NCBI GenBank assembly: GCA_003220675.1
Contig: QHTD01000063.1
Span: 1-56,340 of the forward strand
Direction: 5' to 3'
Source: Candidatus Rokuibacteriota bacterium
Lineage (GTDB): Bacteria; Methylomirabilota; Methylomirabilia; Rokubacteriales; CSP1-6
DNA length: 56,340 nucleotides
Shown piece after piece: positions 39,567 through 49,319 of this stretch. Made by a program: the position numbers and the translations under genes. The notes under the pieces were generated by a model. It was not told the DNA's origin and did not search any database. It worked only from the letters and a program-made list of their open reading frames with translations. Every line of letters starts with the position of its first letter. Position 1 is the first letter of the stretch.

Positions 39567-40832
39567 GTGCGCCGCGTCCTCCTCGTGCTCTGGGTCGCCG
39601 CCCTGACCGGCTGTGCCGGGAGCGCGCCCGAGCGCGGCGCCATCACGCTGGTGTTCAAGTACGCGCGCATCCTCGGGCCGGCGGATCCTCTGCCGGGGCT
39701 CTTGCGCGAGTTCGAGGCGGCGCATCCGAACGTCCGCGTCAAGGGCGAGTCGCTGCCGTGGACGTCAGACGAGCAGCACCAGTTCTACGTCATCAACCTC
39801 GAGGGGAGGAGCCCCGGCTTCGACGTGATGATGCTCGACCTCATCTGGGTGCCCGAGTTCGCGCGCGCCGGCTGGCTGCTCGACCTCACGCCGCGTCTCG
39901 GCCCGGGCGAGCTCCGGCCGTACTTCCCGAGCACGGTCGAGGCGGCGACGTACGACGGCCGCGTCTTCGCGCTGCCCTGGATCATGAACGTCGGGCTCCT
40001 CTACTACCGCGCGGACCTCCTCCGGAAGTACGGGCTCGAGCCGCCGGAGACCTTCGAAGCGCTCGTGCGGCAGGTGCGCCGGATCCGGGAGGGCGAGCGC
40101 GACCCCGCGCTCGACGGCTACCTGTGGCAGGCGAAGCAGTACGAGGGGCTCGTGGTGAACGTTCTCGAATCGTTCTGGGCGAACGGGACGCGGCTGCTCG
40201 CGGCCGACGACACGGTGTTCCCCGAGCCCGAGCGGGCCGCCGAGGCGCTCGCGTTCCTCCGCGGGCTCATCGCGTCGGGCGTGAGCCCGGCCTGGACGAC
40301 GGCGGCGGACGAGGAGCTCTCGCGGCGCGCCTTCGGCGACGGCCACGCGATCTTCCTCCGGAACTGGCCGTACGCAATGGACCTGTTCCAGGCGCGGGAC
40401 TCCAGGGTGCGCGGCCGCGTCGGGATCGCGCCGCTGCCGCGGCTCGCGCGCGGCCCGCGGGGCGCGGGCTCGACCGGCGGCGCGCACCTCGGCGTGTCCC
40501 GGCGGAGCCGCCACCCGGACCTCGCGGTCGGGCTGGTGCGCTTCCTCACGAGCGAGCGCGCCCAGAAAGCGCTCGCGCGCGGCGCGGCGCTCTCCCCAAC
40601 GCGCGAGGCGCTCTACGACGACCCCGAGCTCGTGCGGAGCCGCCCCGACCTCCCGGCGCTCCGCGCGCTCATGCGCGCGGGCCGCCCGCGTCCCGTCACG
40701 CCCTACTACCTCTTGCTCTCCGCGACGGTCCAGCCCGAGTTCTCGGCGGTCCTGGTCGGCGTCAAGCCGCCAGGGCGCGCGATCGGCGACGCGCGTCTCA
40801 GGCTCACCCACTTCTTCGGGGCGCTCCGGTGA
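39567..40832 (+). CDS. Sugar ABC transporter substrate-binding lipoprotein (trehalose/maltose-binding type)
   Basis: Lipobox LTGC; DLIWVPEFA, LLYYRADLL, QYEGL, FLRNWPY, GGAHL, RPVTPYY. Confidence 0.88.
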   Translation: MRRVLLVLWVAALTGCAGSAPERGAITLVFKYARILGPADPLPGLLREFEAAHPNVRVKGESLPWTSDEQHQFYVINLEGRSPGFDVMMLDLIWVPEFARAGWLLDLTPRLGPGELRPYFPSTVEAATYDGRVFALPWIMNVGLLYYRADLLRKYGLEPPETFEALVRQVRRIREGERDPALDGYLWQAKQYEGLVVNVLESFWANGTRLLAADDTVFPEPERAAEALAFLRGLIASGVSPAWTTAADEELSRRAFGDGHAIFLRNWPYAMDLFQARDSRVRGRVGIAPLPRLARGPRGAGSTGGAHLGVSRRSRHPDLAVGLVRFLTSERAQKALARGAALSPTREALYDDPELVRSRPDLPALRALMRAGRPRPVTPYYLLLSATVQPEFSAVLVGVKPPGRAIGDARLRLTHFFGALR

Positions 40833-41701
40833 CCGGGCGCGAGCGCGCAGACCGGCGACAGGCGCTTCGCTTGCTGGCGCCGACGCTCCTGGCGCTCGGC
40901 GCGCTCACGGTCTACCCGGGATTCTGGGTGGTGTGGCTCTCGCTCCAGCATCGGGTCCCGATCTTCCACGTGGCGCGCTTCGCCGGACTCGACAACTACG
41001 TGTTCCTCGCGAGCGACCCGCGCTTCTGGAACGCCGCGCGCACGACGGTGGTCTTCACCGCCCTGTCGGTGGCGCTCGAGCTCGCGCTGGGCGTCACGGT
41101 CGCGCTCGCGCTCCACCGCCAGCGGCGCGGCCGGCGGCTCGGGCTCTCGCTCCTTCTCCTGGCGTGGGCGATGCCGTCGGTGGTGACCGCGAAGCTCTAC
41201 GAGTGGCTCTACCATCCCGCAGCCGGGCTCGTCAGCGTGCTGCTCGGCGGTCACGCGTTGAACTGGCTTGGCGACCCGTACCTGGCGCTCCCGGCGGTCA
41301 TCCTCGCCGACGTGTGGCGCACCATGCCCTTCGTCGCGATCCTCTGCTACGCGCGCCTGGTGACGATTCCCGCGGAGGTCTACGAGGCGGCTCAGGTGGA
41401 CGGCGCCGGCCGGCTGGCGACGCTCGGCCGCATCACGCTGCCGCTGCTGGGCCGCATCGTCATGTTAGCGCTCCTCCTGCGGATGCTCGACGCGCTGCGC
41501 GCGTTCGATATCATGTTTGTGCTCACGGGCGGTGGTCCGGCGGGTACCACCGAGACACTCACGGTCTACGCCTACCGGAGCCTCTTCCAGATGCTCCAGC
41601 TCGGCTTCGGCTCGGCGGTCAGCGTGGTCGTCTTTGCGCTCGTGATGGGCGTCGCGTGGGCGTACCTCCGGCTGCTCCGCGCACGCGCGGTCGTGGCGTG
41701 A
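40829..41701 (+). CDS. Sugar ABC transporter permease (MalF/SugA type)
   Basis: Start GTG 40829; GLDNY, ADVWRTMPF, YEAAQVDGA, LDALRAFD, LTGGGP. Confidence 0.92.
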   Translation: MTGRERADRRQALRLLAPTLLALGALTVYPGFWVVWLSLQHRVPIFHVARFAGLDNYVFLASDPRFWNAARTTVVFTALSVALELALGVTVALALHRQRRGRRLGLSLLLLAWAMPSVVTAKLYEWLYHPAAGLVSVLLGGHALNWLGDPYLALPAVILADVWRTMPFVAILCYARLVTIPAEVYEAAQVDGAGRLATLGRITLPLLGRIVMLALLLRMLDALRAFDIMFVLTGGGPAGTTETLTVYAYRSLFQMLQLGFGSAVSVVVFALVMGVAWAYLRLLRARAVVA

Positions 41702-42519
41702 GACGCCCGGAACAGACCCTTGTCGACGTGCTGGTCCTGCTGGCGCTCGGCGCGTATGCGGTGCCGTTCTTCTGGCAGCTCCTGACGTCGTTCAAGCCCG
41801 AGACCGAGCTGCTGCGCGTCCCGCCGCTCCTGCCGAGCCGGCTGACGCTCGCGCATTATAGCGTCGTGCTCGAGCAGAGCCTGATCCCCCGTGCGCTCGT
41901 GAACAGCGTGGGGATCGCGACGCTGACGACCCTCCTGGCGCTCGCGGTGGGGGTGCCCGGCGCGTACGCGATCGCGAGGCTCCCGCTGCCCGGCAAGGGC
42001 GCCCTCCTCCTCGCGATCGTCGCGAGCACGGCGTTTCCGCAGATCGCGACCGTGAGCCCGCTCTACCTCCTGATGCGCACGATCGGCCTCCGAGACACCT
42101 GGGCGGGCCTCGTCCTCGTCCACTCCTCGTTCGCGCTGCCGCTGACGATCTGGCTCCTCGTCGGGTTCATCCGCGAGATTCCCCGCGAGGCCGAGGAGGC
42201 TGCGTCCGTCGACGGCGCCGGCACGCTCGCGACGCTCCGCTGGGTCGTGGCGCCCCGGCTCGCGCCCGGGATCGCCTCGACCGCGCTCCTGACGTTCCTG
42301 TTCAGCTGGAACGAGTTCCTCTTCGCGTACACGTTCACGGCCTCGGAGGCGAGCCGGACGATTCCGGTCGCGCTCGCGCTCTTCCCCGGCGTCTACGAGG
42401 TGCCCTGGGGCGACATCGCCGCCGCGTCCATGCTGGCGAGCCTGCCGCCCGTGCTCATCGTGATCGGGCTCCAGCGGTTCCTGGTCCGCGGGCTCGTCGC
42501 CGGCGCACTCAAAGAGTAG
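41698..42519 (+). CDS. Sugar ABC transporter permease (MalG/SugB type)
   Basis: Start GTG 41698; TSFKP, AYAIARL, EEAASVDGA, SWNEFLFA. Confidence 0.92.
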   Translation: MRRPEQTLVDVLVLLALGAYAVPFFWQLLTSFKPETELLRVPPLLPSRLTLAHYSVVLEQSLIPRALVNSVGIATLTTLLALAVGVPGAYAIARLPLPGKGALLLAIVASTAFPQIATVSPLYLLMRTIGLRDTWAGLVLVHSSFALPLTIWLLVGFIREIPREAEEAASVDGAGTLATLRWVVAPRLAPGIASTALLTFLFSWNEFLFAYTFTASEASRTIPVALALFPGVYEVPWGDIAAASMLASLPPVLIVIGLQRFLVRGLVAGALKE

Positions 42520-42535
42520 AAAAGGGGGATCGAGC

Positions 42536-42844
42536 ATGGAAGGACAACAGCGCTGGGGCTTCGGCGGCCGTCTTGACCCCCTGCTGAAGCGCGCGCGGCG
42601 GATCGCGATCGCGGTGATCGGTGGCACGGTGCTCCTGGTCGGTGGAGCGATGATCATCCTGCCCGGGCCGGCACTGATCGTCATTCCGGTCGGCCTGGCC
42701 ATTCTCGCGACCGAGTTCGTTTGGGCGCGCCGCCTCCTGGAGCGCGTCCGGGCCCGGGTGCGGCGGGCTACGGCGCCGGACGCGCCCGACGCGAGCAAGC
42801 CCGACTCGGGGGAGCGGCGAAGCCGCACGATTTTCGAGAAATAG
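42536..42844 (+). CDS. PGPGW-domain small membrane protein
   Basis: GGAMIILPGPA...GLAILATEFVWARR. Confidence 0.85.
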   Translation: MEGQQRWGFGGRLDPLLKRARRIAIAVIGGTVLLVGGAMIILPGPALIVIPVGLAILATEFVWARRLLERVRARVRRATAPDAPDASKPDSGERRSRTIFEK

Positions 42845-42910
42845 GCCGTGCGCGGCTCACTGAGAGAGGCGGGCGCTTCCCGGCGGAACCGCGTACACTC
42901 TCCAGGGGTT

Positions 42911-42935
42911 TGGGGGGCCATGTCGGGGCCTCCCA
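42911..42935. repeat. Second-type intergenic palindrome
   Basis: TGGGGGGCC-atgtcgg-GGCCTCCCA, a 9-bp stem with one G-T pair, followed by CTAG at 42940. Confidence 0.5.
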
Positions 42936-42958
42936 TTCCCTAGATCACGAGGTGCGCC

Positions 42959-43255
42959 ATGGGGCTCAAGTACATTGTTGTCGCCGTCGTCGCCATTGCC
43001 ATCACCGCCTTTGCGCTCCAGAACAACACGCCGACCGCCGTCCGCTTCCTGTTCTGGAACCTCCCCGGGGTCCCGCTGGCGACGATCATCCTCGTGTCGG
43101 TCACCCTGGGCGTCGTGCTCGTCGGCGTGCCGCTCCTGATCGGGCGCTGGCGGCTGCGCTTGCGCCTACGCTCGCTCGAGGCGCGGGTCGGCACGACCGA
43201 GACGCGAGACGGCGAGCGCGACCGCGCCTCGGGGTCCTCGCAGTCCTGGCCGTGA
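42959..43255 (+). CDS. LapA/DUF1049-family membrane protein
   Basis: GAGGTG SD; FALQN...V.FLFW...PLA, second TM helix, short basic coiled coil. Confidence 0.82.
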   Translation: MGLKYIVVAVVAIAITAFALQNNTPTAVRFLFWNLPGVPLATIILVSVTLGVVLVGVPLLIGRWRLRLRLRSLEARVGTTETRDGERDRASGSSQSWP

Positions 43256-43296
43256 GCGCGCGAACGGGAGCTTCCCGCCTGGACCGGAGGGAGAGA

Positions 43297-43818
43297 ATGA
43301 TGGAGGTCAGTCGATCACGAGCGCTGCCGGTGGTGCTGCTCGGTACGCTGATCGTCGGCGGGTGTGTCCTAGCGCCGCCGGCGGGAACGCTCGACCCGCC
43401 GCGCGTCGAGGTCCTCGCGACCGACGCGCGCGCGGTCCGCTACGGCGCGGAGGCGGCCCAGGTTTTCGAGCACCCGGAGATTCGGGACAAGGTGCGCGCG
43501 CTCTTCGGCCGCGACTGGAGCGCGGACGGCGCGCGCTGGGTCTCGGCGCCGGTGCCCGCGTTCTTCTCGAAGTCGTCGCCGCCGCAGGTGCTCCGAATCG
43601 GGGAGACCGACTACATCGCCCTGGTCGGATGCATGGCGGCGGCGTGCGCGACCCGTCGAGCGCTCGTGCTCGTGAGCGCCGACGGCGAGCGTCTGCTCGC
43701 CCGCGTGGACGACGGCGGCTTGACGCACCTCTACGCCTTCGGGCCCGGGATGATCACGCTGACGCCGGAAGATCGGCTGGTCGTCGAGGCGGCGTGGCGC
43801 GCGCTCCAGCCGCACTGA
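43297..43818 (+). CDS. Hypothetical lipoprotein, possibly Ivy-like
   Basis: Start ATG 43297 or 43300 after GGAGG; lipobox-like VGGC; GCMAAAC loop. Confidence 0.65.
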   Translation: MMEVSRSRALPVVLLGTLIVGGCVLAPPAGTLDPPRVEVLATDARAVRYGAEAAQVFEHPEIRDKVRALFGRDWSADGARWVSAPVPAFFSKSSPPQVLRIGETDYIALVGCMAAACATRRALVLVSADGERLLARVDDGGLTHLYAFGPGMITLTPEDRLVVEAAWRALQPH

Positions 43819-43911
43819 CGCGTGGCGCGGACCTGATGCTTGGTCTCGTGGTGTCGCCGCGGTGGCGACGCAAGCGGCGCGGCTCGGCGCGCGCCCGGGG
43901 AGGGCCGGTCG

Positions 43912-44619
43912 ATGGCTGATTTCTGGCGCGATCTCATCTGGACCGCCGTCCGCGACACGACGAACACGCTGAGCGTGGTGATGCCTGGTGTCCTCGCGAT
44001 GCTCGCGCTCGTGGTGCTGGGCGCCGTGCTCGGCTGGATCGGCGGCGCACTCGTCAGGCGTCTCGCCCACGCCGGGGACCTCGACCGGCGGAGCCGAGAG
44101 TGGGGCCTGACGCACGCGCTCGCGCGTGCGGGCGTCTACAGGACGCCGTCGGAGCTTCTGCGGCTCGTCGTGTTCTGGGGCGTCTTCGTGATCTTCGCGA
44201 CCATGGGGATCGACGCCCTCGCGATTCCCGGCGCGCCGGGCGCCACGGGGATGCTGATGTACCTGCTTCCACGCGCGCTCTCCGCGCTGCTGATCCTCGT
44301 GGTCGGCTGGCTTGCGGCGAACTTCCTCGGGCAAGCGGTGCTGATCGCCGCGGTCAACGCGAGCCTGCCCGAGGCGCGGCTCCTGGCCCGCGCGGCCCGA
44401 TGGCTCGTGCTGCTGTTCGCGTTCGCGACAGCGCTCACCGAGATCGGGATCGGCCGCGACATGGTTCTGGTCGCCTTCGGCATCCTCTTCGGCGGGCTCG
44501 TGCTCGCCCTGGCGCTCGCCTTCGGCCTCGGCGGTCGTCACCTCGCCCGCCACATCCTGGAGCGCGGGCGGCTGCGCGAGCGGGTGCCCTCGGACCGCGA
44601 GACCATCAACCACATCTGA
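43912..44619 (+). CDS. CmpX-like / MscS-associated conserved TM-helix membrane protein
   Basis: Start ATG 43912; repeated P..L..L..L..GW helices, YLLPR, AFG...ALALAFGLGGR. Confidence 0.8.
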   Translation: MADFWRDLIWTAVRDTTNTLSVVMPGVLAMLALVVLGAVLGWIGGALVRRLAHAGDLDRRSREWGLTHALARAGVYRTPSELLRLVVFWGVFVIFATMGIDALAIPGAPGATGMLMYLLPRALSALLILVVGWLAANFLGQAVLIAAVNASLPEARLLARAARWLVLLFAFATALTEIGIGRDMVLVAFGILFGGLVLALALAFGLGGRHLARHILERGRLRERVPSDRETINHI

Positions 44620-44738
44620 ACGGCCGGCCGATCGCGGGATGCTCGCGCGGGACGAGCCCGGTCATCGCAGAGCGCCACACCGTAGGCGGCGGGGCGCCGT
44701 GCTAGAGTGGCGTATCGCCGTACGCGGAGGATCTGGAC

Positions 44739-45359
44739 GTGAGTGGAGTGCTCATCACGTTCGAGGGCGTCGAGGGGTCGGGCAAGACGACCCAGATGCG
44801 GCGCCTCGGACGTTGGCTCCGCGCCAAAGGGCGCAGAGTCGAGTGGACCCGTGAGCCCGACGGGACGCGCCTCGGGGTCGCCGTGCGCCGCCTGTTCGAG
44901 CATCCCGGCGTCCGGCCCGAACCGCTCGTCGAGGTCTTCCTGTTCATGGCCGCGCGCCACCAGCACGTCGCCGAGAAGGTCCGCCCGTGGCTCGAGCGCG
45001 GCCGCGTCGTGCTCTGCGACCGCTACGCCGACGCGACCGTGGCGTACCAGGGCTACGGGCGCGGCGTCGACCCCAACCTGATCCGCGAGCTGAACGTCCG
45101 GGCGACCGGCGGCGTCCTGCCCGACCTCACGCTGCTCTTCGACCTCGATCCCGTCGAGGGGCTCCGGCGGATCCGCGGCCGGCGGCGCGACCGCTTCGAG
45201 CGTGAGGCGCTCGCCTTCCACCGGCGCGTGCGGCGGGGCTACCTGGAGATCCGGCGCGCGGAGCCCAAGCGCGTGCGCCTCGTGCGCGCGGCCGCGCCCC
45301 CGGACGTGGTCGCCGCGGAGGTGCGCGCGATCGTCGAGGAGTTCCTGCGTGGCGCTTGA
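44739..45359 (+). CDS. tmk: Thymidylate kinase
   Basis: ITFEGVEGSGKTTQ, REP, CDRY..T.AYQG, PDLT, DRFE; TG-c-TAGAGT extended -10 at 44700-44708. Confidence 0.96.
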   Translation: MSGVLITFEGVEGSGKTTQMRRLGRWLRAKGRRVEWTREPDGTRLGVAVRRLFEHPGVRPEPLVEVFLFMAARHQHVAEKVRPWLERGRVVLCDRYADATVAYQGYGRGVDPNLIRELNVRATGGVLPDLTLLFDLDPVEGLRRIRGRRRDRFEREALAFHRRVRRGYLEIRRAEPKRVRLVRAAAPPDVVAAEVRAIVEEFLRGA

Positions 45360-46230
45360 CGCGATCCGCGACCAGCCGCGCGCCGTGGCACTGCTCCGGC
45401 GGGCGCTCGAGACCGACCGCGTCGCGCACGCGTACGCGTTCGTCGGGCCCGCCGGCGCGGGACGGATGACGACGGCGCTCGCGTTCGCCCACGCGCTGCT
45501 CTGCCCGCGCGCCGGGTGCGGCGCGTGCCGCGCCTGCCGGCTCGCCACCCTGCGCCAGCACCCCGATCTTCACGTGCTGGTACCGACGCCGCCCGAGACG
45601 AACCCGAAGGGCGCGCGCGCGATCCGCATCGACGCGATCCGCGAGCTGGAGCGCCAGGCGGCGCTCCGGCCCGCGATGGCCCGCCGGAAGCTGTTCGTCC
45701 TCGACGAGGCCGAGCGTATGACGGGCGAGGCGCCCCAGGCCTTTCTGAAGACCCTCGAGGAGCCGCCCGTCGGAACGGTGATGATCCTCGTCCTGCCGCG
45801 GGCGCGTGCGCTGCCCGCCACCGTGGTCTCGCGCTGCCAGGTCGTGCGCTTCGAGCCGCGCAGCGACCAGGCCGAAGCGGCGCTGCGCGCCCAGGCGCAG
45901 GCACTCCTGGCCGAGGTGCGAGCCGAGGGCGCCGAGGTGATGTTCAGGCGAACCGAGCGCCTCGACCGCGAGACGGCGGAGGGGCTCGTGGACGCCTACT
46001 GGCTCTTCTGCCGCGATCTGGTACTGGCGAAGGCCGGCGCTCCCGCCTCGCTGCTGGCCGACGCCGGGCGTGTCGCCGAGCTCGCCCGCGAGGCCGAGAC
46101 GTGGACGCTCGACGACCTGCTCGGGGCGATCGAGCTCTGCCGGCAGGCGCGCGAGGCGCTGTTGCGCAACGTGGCGCCCCGGCTCACTATCGAGGTGATA
46201 CTGAGCCGCCTCGCCCTGCGGGCGGCATGA
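45349..46230 (+). CDS. holB: DNA polymerase III delta' subunit
   Basis: Start GTG 45349; HAYAF.GP.G.G, C..CGACRAC, HPDL, LKTLEEPP, TVVSRC; follows tmk. Confidence 0.92.
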   Translation: MALDAIRDQPRAVALLRRALETDRVAHAYAFVGPAGAGRMTTALAFAHALLCPRAGCGACRACRLATLRQHPDLHVLVPTPPETNPKGARAIRIDAIRELERQAALRPAMARRKLFVLDEAERMTGEAPQAFLKTLEEPPVGTVMILVLPRARALPATVVSRCQVVRFEPRSDQAEAALRAQAQALLAEVRAEGAEVMFRRTERLDRETAEGLVDAYWLFCRDLVLAKAGAPASLLADAGRVAELAREAETWTLDDLLGAIELCRQAREALLRNVAPRLTIEVILSRLALRAA

Positions 46231-46240
46231 GGATACATCC

Positions 46241-47101
46241 ATGGAACCTCCGACTGAATACCTGATCGGTGTCCGGCTCCACGAGAGCGCGCAGGCCGAC
46301 GACTGCAAGCTGGTGGATCTGGACGCCCACGTGGGCGACCTTGTGATGGTCGAGACCGCGAACGGCACCGCGATCGGTGAGGTGCGGCGGCCCAGGCGCG
46401 AGCTCCCGGAGTCGAAACGCGAGCGCTTGTACCGGCGAGTCGTGCGGATGGCCAGCGAGACGGAGGTGCGCGAGTACCGCGAGCGCCGCGAGCGCGAGAC
46501 GCGCGCGGTCGGCACCTGCCAGCAGATGGCGCGCGGGCGCGGGCTCCAGCTCAAGGTCGTGGACGTCGAGATGCAGCCCGCGGCGCGCCGCGTGACCGTC
46601 TATTTCAACGCCGACGAGCGCGTCGACTTCCGCGAGCTGGTCCGCGACCTCGCGCGCCAGTTCCACTCGCGGATCGAGATGCGCCAGGTCGGCGCGCGCG
46701 ACACGACCAAGCTCATGGACGGCATCGGGCCGTGCGGGCGCCAGCTCTGCTGCTCGTCGTACCTCCGGCGCTTCGAGCCGATCTCGGTGAGGATGGCGAA
46801 GGCCCAGGACATGCCGCTCACCGACAACCGGCTGCTCGGCAACTGCGGACGGCTGAAGTGCTGTCTCCTCTATGAGTTCTCGACGTACCAGGAGCTCCGC
46901 TCGCGGCTGCCGCGCGTCAACACGCCGTGCCAGGCCTCGTGCGGCGGCGGGGGCTGCATGGCCGGCAAGGTGAAGTCGATCCGGGTCCTCAAGCAGTCGG
47001 TGGTGGTCGGGTTCCCGGACGGGACCGAGGCGGAAGTGCCGCTCGACCTGCTCACCTGGGAGGGGCGGCCCCACATCCAGGCCCAGCTCGAGGGATCGTG
47101 A
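46241..47101 (+). CDS. ricT: PSP1 / RicT (YaaT) family Fe-S protein
   Basis: RVDFRELV, RIEMRQVG.RD, GIGPCGRQLCC, MAK.Q, GNCGRLKCCL.YE; holB-ricT-metG synteny. Confidence 0.88.
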   Translation: MEPPTEYLIGVRLHESAQADDCKLVDLDAHVGDLVMVETANGTAIGEVRRPRRELPESKRERLYRRVVRMASETEVREYRERRERETRAVGTCQQMARGRGLQLKVVDVEMQPAARRVTVYFNADERVDFRELVRDLARQFHSRIEMRQVGARDTTKLMDGIGPCGRQLCCSSYLRRFEPISVRMAKAQDMPLTDNRLLGNCGRLKCCLLYEFSTYQELRSRLPRVNTPCQASCGGGGCMAGKVKSIRVLKQSVVVGFPDGTEAEVPLDLLTWEGRPHIQAQLEGS

Positions 47102-49044
47102 CCGACCGCGCCCGCACCTTCTACCTCACCACGCCGATCTACTACGTCAACGACCGCCCCCACCTCGGGCACGCGTACACGACGATCCTCGCCGACACGA
47201 TGGCCCGCTACCGGCGCCTCGCGGGCGACGACGTCTGGTTCTTGACCGGGACCGACGAGCACGGCGACAAGATCGCGCAGGCCGCCGCCAAGGCCGGCAT
47301 CACCCCGCAGCAGCTTGCCGATCGCAACTCGGCAGCGTTCCGGGACGCGTGGCGCCAGCTCGGGATCGAGTACTCCGACTACATCCGGACGACCGAGGCG
47401 CGCCACACGACGGTTGTCCAGGCGATCCTCCAGAAGCTCTGGGACGCGGGCGAGATCTACCTCGGCAAGTACGGCGGCCACTACTGCTTCGGCTGCGAGC
47501 GCTTCTACACCGAGAAGGAGATCGTCGACGGCAAGTGCCCGGACCACCAGACGCCGCTCACCTGGATCGAGGAGGAGAACTACTTCTTCAAGATGTCGAA
47601 GTACCAGGCGTGGCTGATCGAAACCGTCGAGCGCCAGCCCGACTTGATCCGCCCCGAGCGCTACCGGAATGAGATCCTCGGCTTCCTGCGGGAGCCGCTC
47701 CAGGACCTCTCGATCAGCCGGCCGAAAAGCCGATTGACCTGGGGGATCCCGCTGCCCTTCGACGACACCTACGTCACGTACGTCTGGTTCGATGCCCTGA
47801 TCAACTACGTCTCGGCGCTCGGCGGCCCCGGCGCGCCGCGCTTCGAGAGATACTGGCCGCACGCCCAGCACGTGATCGCGAAGGACATCGTCAAGCCCCA
47901 CGCGATCTACTGGCCGTGCATGCTCAAGGCCGCCGGCATCGACCTGTACCGTCACCTCAACGTGCACGGGTACTGGACCCTCGGCGGCCGCAAGATCTCC
48001 AAGTCGGTCGGCAACCTCGTCGAGGCGCTCGCGCTCAAGGACAAGTACGGCAACGACGCCTTCCGCTACTTCGTGCTGCGCGAGATGGTCTTCGGCCTCG
48101 ATGCCGACTTCTCCGAGGAGGCGCTCGTCAGCCGTCTCAACGCCGACCTCGCCAACGACCTCGGCAACCTCGTCGCGCGCGTGACCACGCTGATCGCGAA
48201 TGTCGGAGGCGGTAGCGTGCCTGCGACCGAAGGGCGGTTTGCGCGTGGAGGCGAGGCCGCATTTGGTGGGGACCTCAAGGGTGACTTTGAGAAGTCGCGC
48301 GGTAACGTCGACGCGGCGATGGAGGAGTTTGCGTTCCATCGTGCGCTCGCGGCGATCTGGGATTTCATCGGTGCGGTGAACCGCTACGTCGACACGACGC
48401 AACCGTGGGCCCGCCCGTCGAACGACATGGCACGGGGCCAGAGGGACCACGCTCTCTACCACCTGGGCCAATCCTTGTGGTGTCTCGGGCTCGTGCTGGA
48501 GCCATTCCTTCCCGAGGCTGCCCGCAAGATTCGTCACGCCCTGGGCCACACCGGAGACCCGAAGCTTGGTGACGCCGAGTGGGGACGCCTCGCTCCTGGT
48601 ACCCGCGTCCAGAAGCTCTCTGGGCTCTTCCCGCGCATCGAAGCAAAAGATCAATCGGACTTGACGTACGGTGCCACGCGCACCTCTCGCAGGCCACCTG
48701 CGGGACAATCCGGCCCCGCGGTCCTCGCTACAATAGACGACTTCTCGAAGGTCGACCTGCGCGTCGCGGAGGTGCTGACCGCGGAGCCCGTGCCCAAGTC
48801 GAAGAAGCTCCTCAAGCTCACCGTGTCGCTCGGCAGCGAGCAGCGGACGCTCGTCGCGGGGATCGCCGAGCACTACGCGCCGGCCGATCTCGTGGGCAAG
48901 AAGGTGGTCGTCGTGGCGAACCTCGAGCCGGCGCAGCTGATGGGGATCGAGTCCAACGGCATGGTCCTGGCCGGCTCGACCGAAGGGAAGCTGGCCGTGC
49001 TCACGCTCGACCGGGACCTTCCGCCGGGGACGAAGATCACATGA
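47098..49044 (+). CDS. metG: Methionyl-tRNA synthetase with C-terminal tRNA-binding domain
   Basis: Start GTG 47098; TTPIYYVN..HLGH, GTDEHG, C..CE, CPDH, YVWFDAL, KISKS, LANDLGNL, GIESNGMVL. Confidence 0.97.
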   Translation: MTDRARTFYLTTPIYYVNDRPHLGHAYTTILADTMARYRRLAGDDVWFLTGTDEHGDKIAQAAAKAGITPQQLADRNSAAFRDAWRQLGIEYSDYIRTTEARHTTVVQAILQKLWDAGEIYLGKYGGHYCFGCERFYTEKEIVDGKCPDHQTPLTWIEEENYFFKMSKYQAWLIETVERQPDLIRPERYRNEILGFLREPLQDLSISRPKSRLTWGIPLPFDDTYVTYVWFDALINYVSALGGPGAPRFERYWPHAQHVIAKDIVKPHAIYWPCMLKAAGIDLYRHLNVHGYWTLGGRKISKSVGNLVEALALKDKYGNDAFRYFVLREMVFGLDADFSEEALVSRLNADLANDLGNLVARVTTLIANVGGGSVPATEGRFARGGEAAFGGDLKGDFEKSRGNVDAAMEEFAFHRALAAIWDFIGAVNRYVDTTQPWARPSNDMARGQRDHALYHLGQSLWCLGLVLEPFLPEAARKIRHALGHTGDPKLGDAEWGRLAPGTRVQKLSGLFPRIEAKDQSDLTYGATRTSRRPPAGQSGPAVLATIDDFSKVDLRVAEVLTAEPVPKSKKLLKLTVSLGSEQRTLVAGIAEHYAPADLVGKKVVVVANLEPAQLMGIESNGMVLAGSTEGKLAVLTLDRDLPPGTKIT

Positions 49045-49295
49045 CGCCGCTGCCGCGGCTCGGTCAGGACGAGCTCGTCGACGCGGTCCTGGCGATCGCC
49101 GAGCGCGACCCGTCCATCGCGCGCGTGCTGCGCGAGATCTGCGGCCTCGACGGCGCGGTCCGCGCGAGCGCGCTCGACCTCGTCGGCGCCCACCTCCGTA
49201 TCCACTCCGCAGCCGGCGACGTCCTCGACTGCGTCGCGGTGCTCAAGGGCGACGAGGTCGCGCGGCGGATCGCCGAGCGGCTCGGTCCGGCCTAG
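49041..49295 (+). CDS. Small hypothetical protein (84 aa)
   Basis: ATG 49041 overlaps the metG stop (ATGA); codon usage like the host. Confidence 0.7.
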   Translation: MTPLPRLGQDELVDAVLAIAERDPSIARVLREICGLDGAVRASALDLVGAHLRIHSAAGDVLDCVAVLKGDEVARRIAERLGPA

Positions 49296-49319
49296 CGCCG
49301 GACCCGTCGATCCTGCCGG

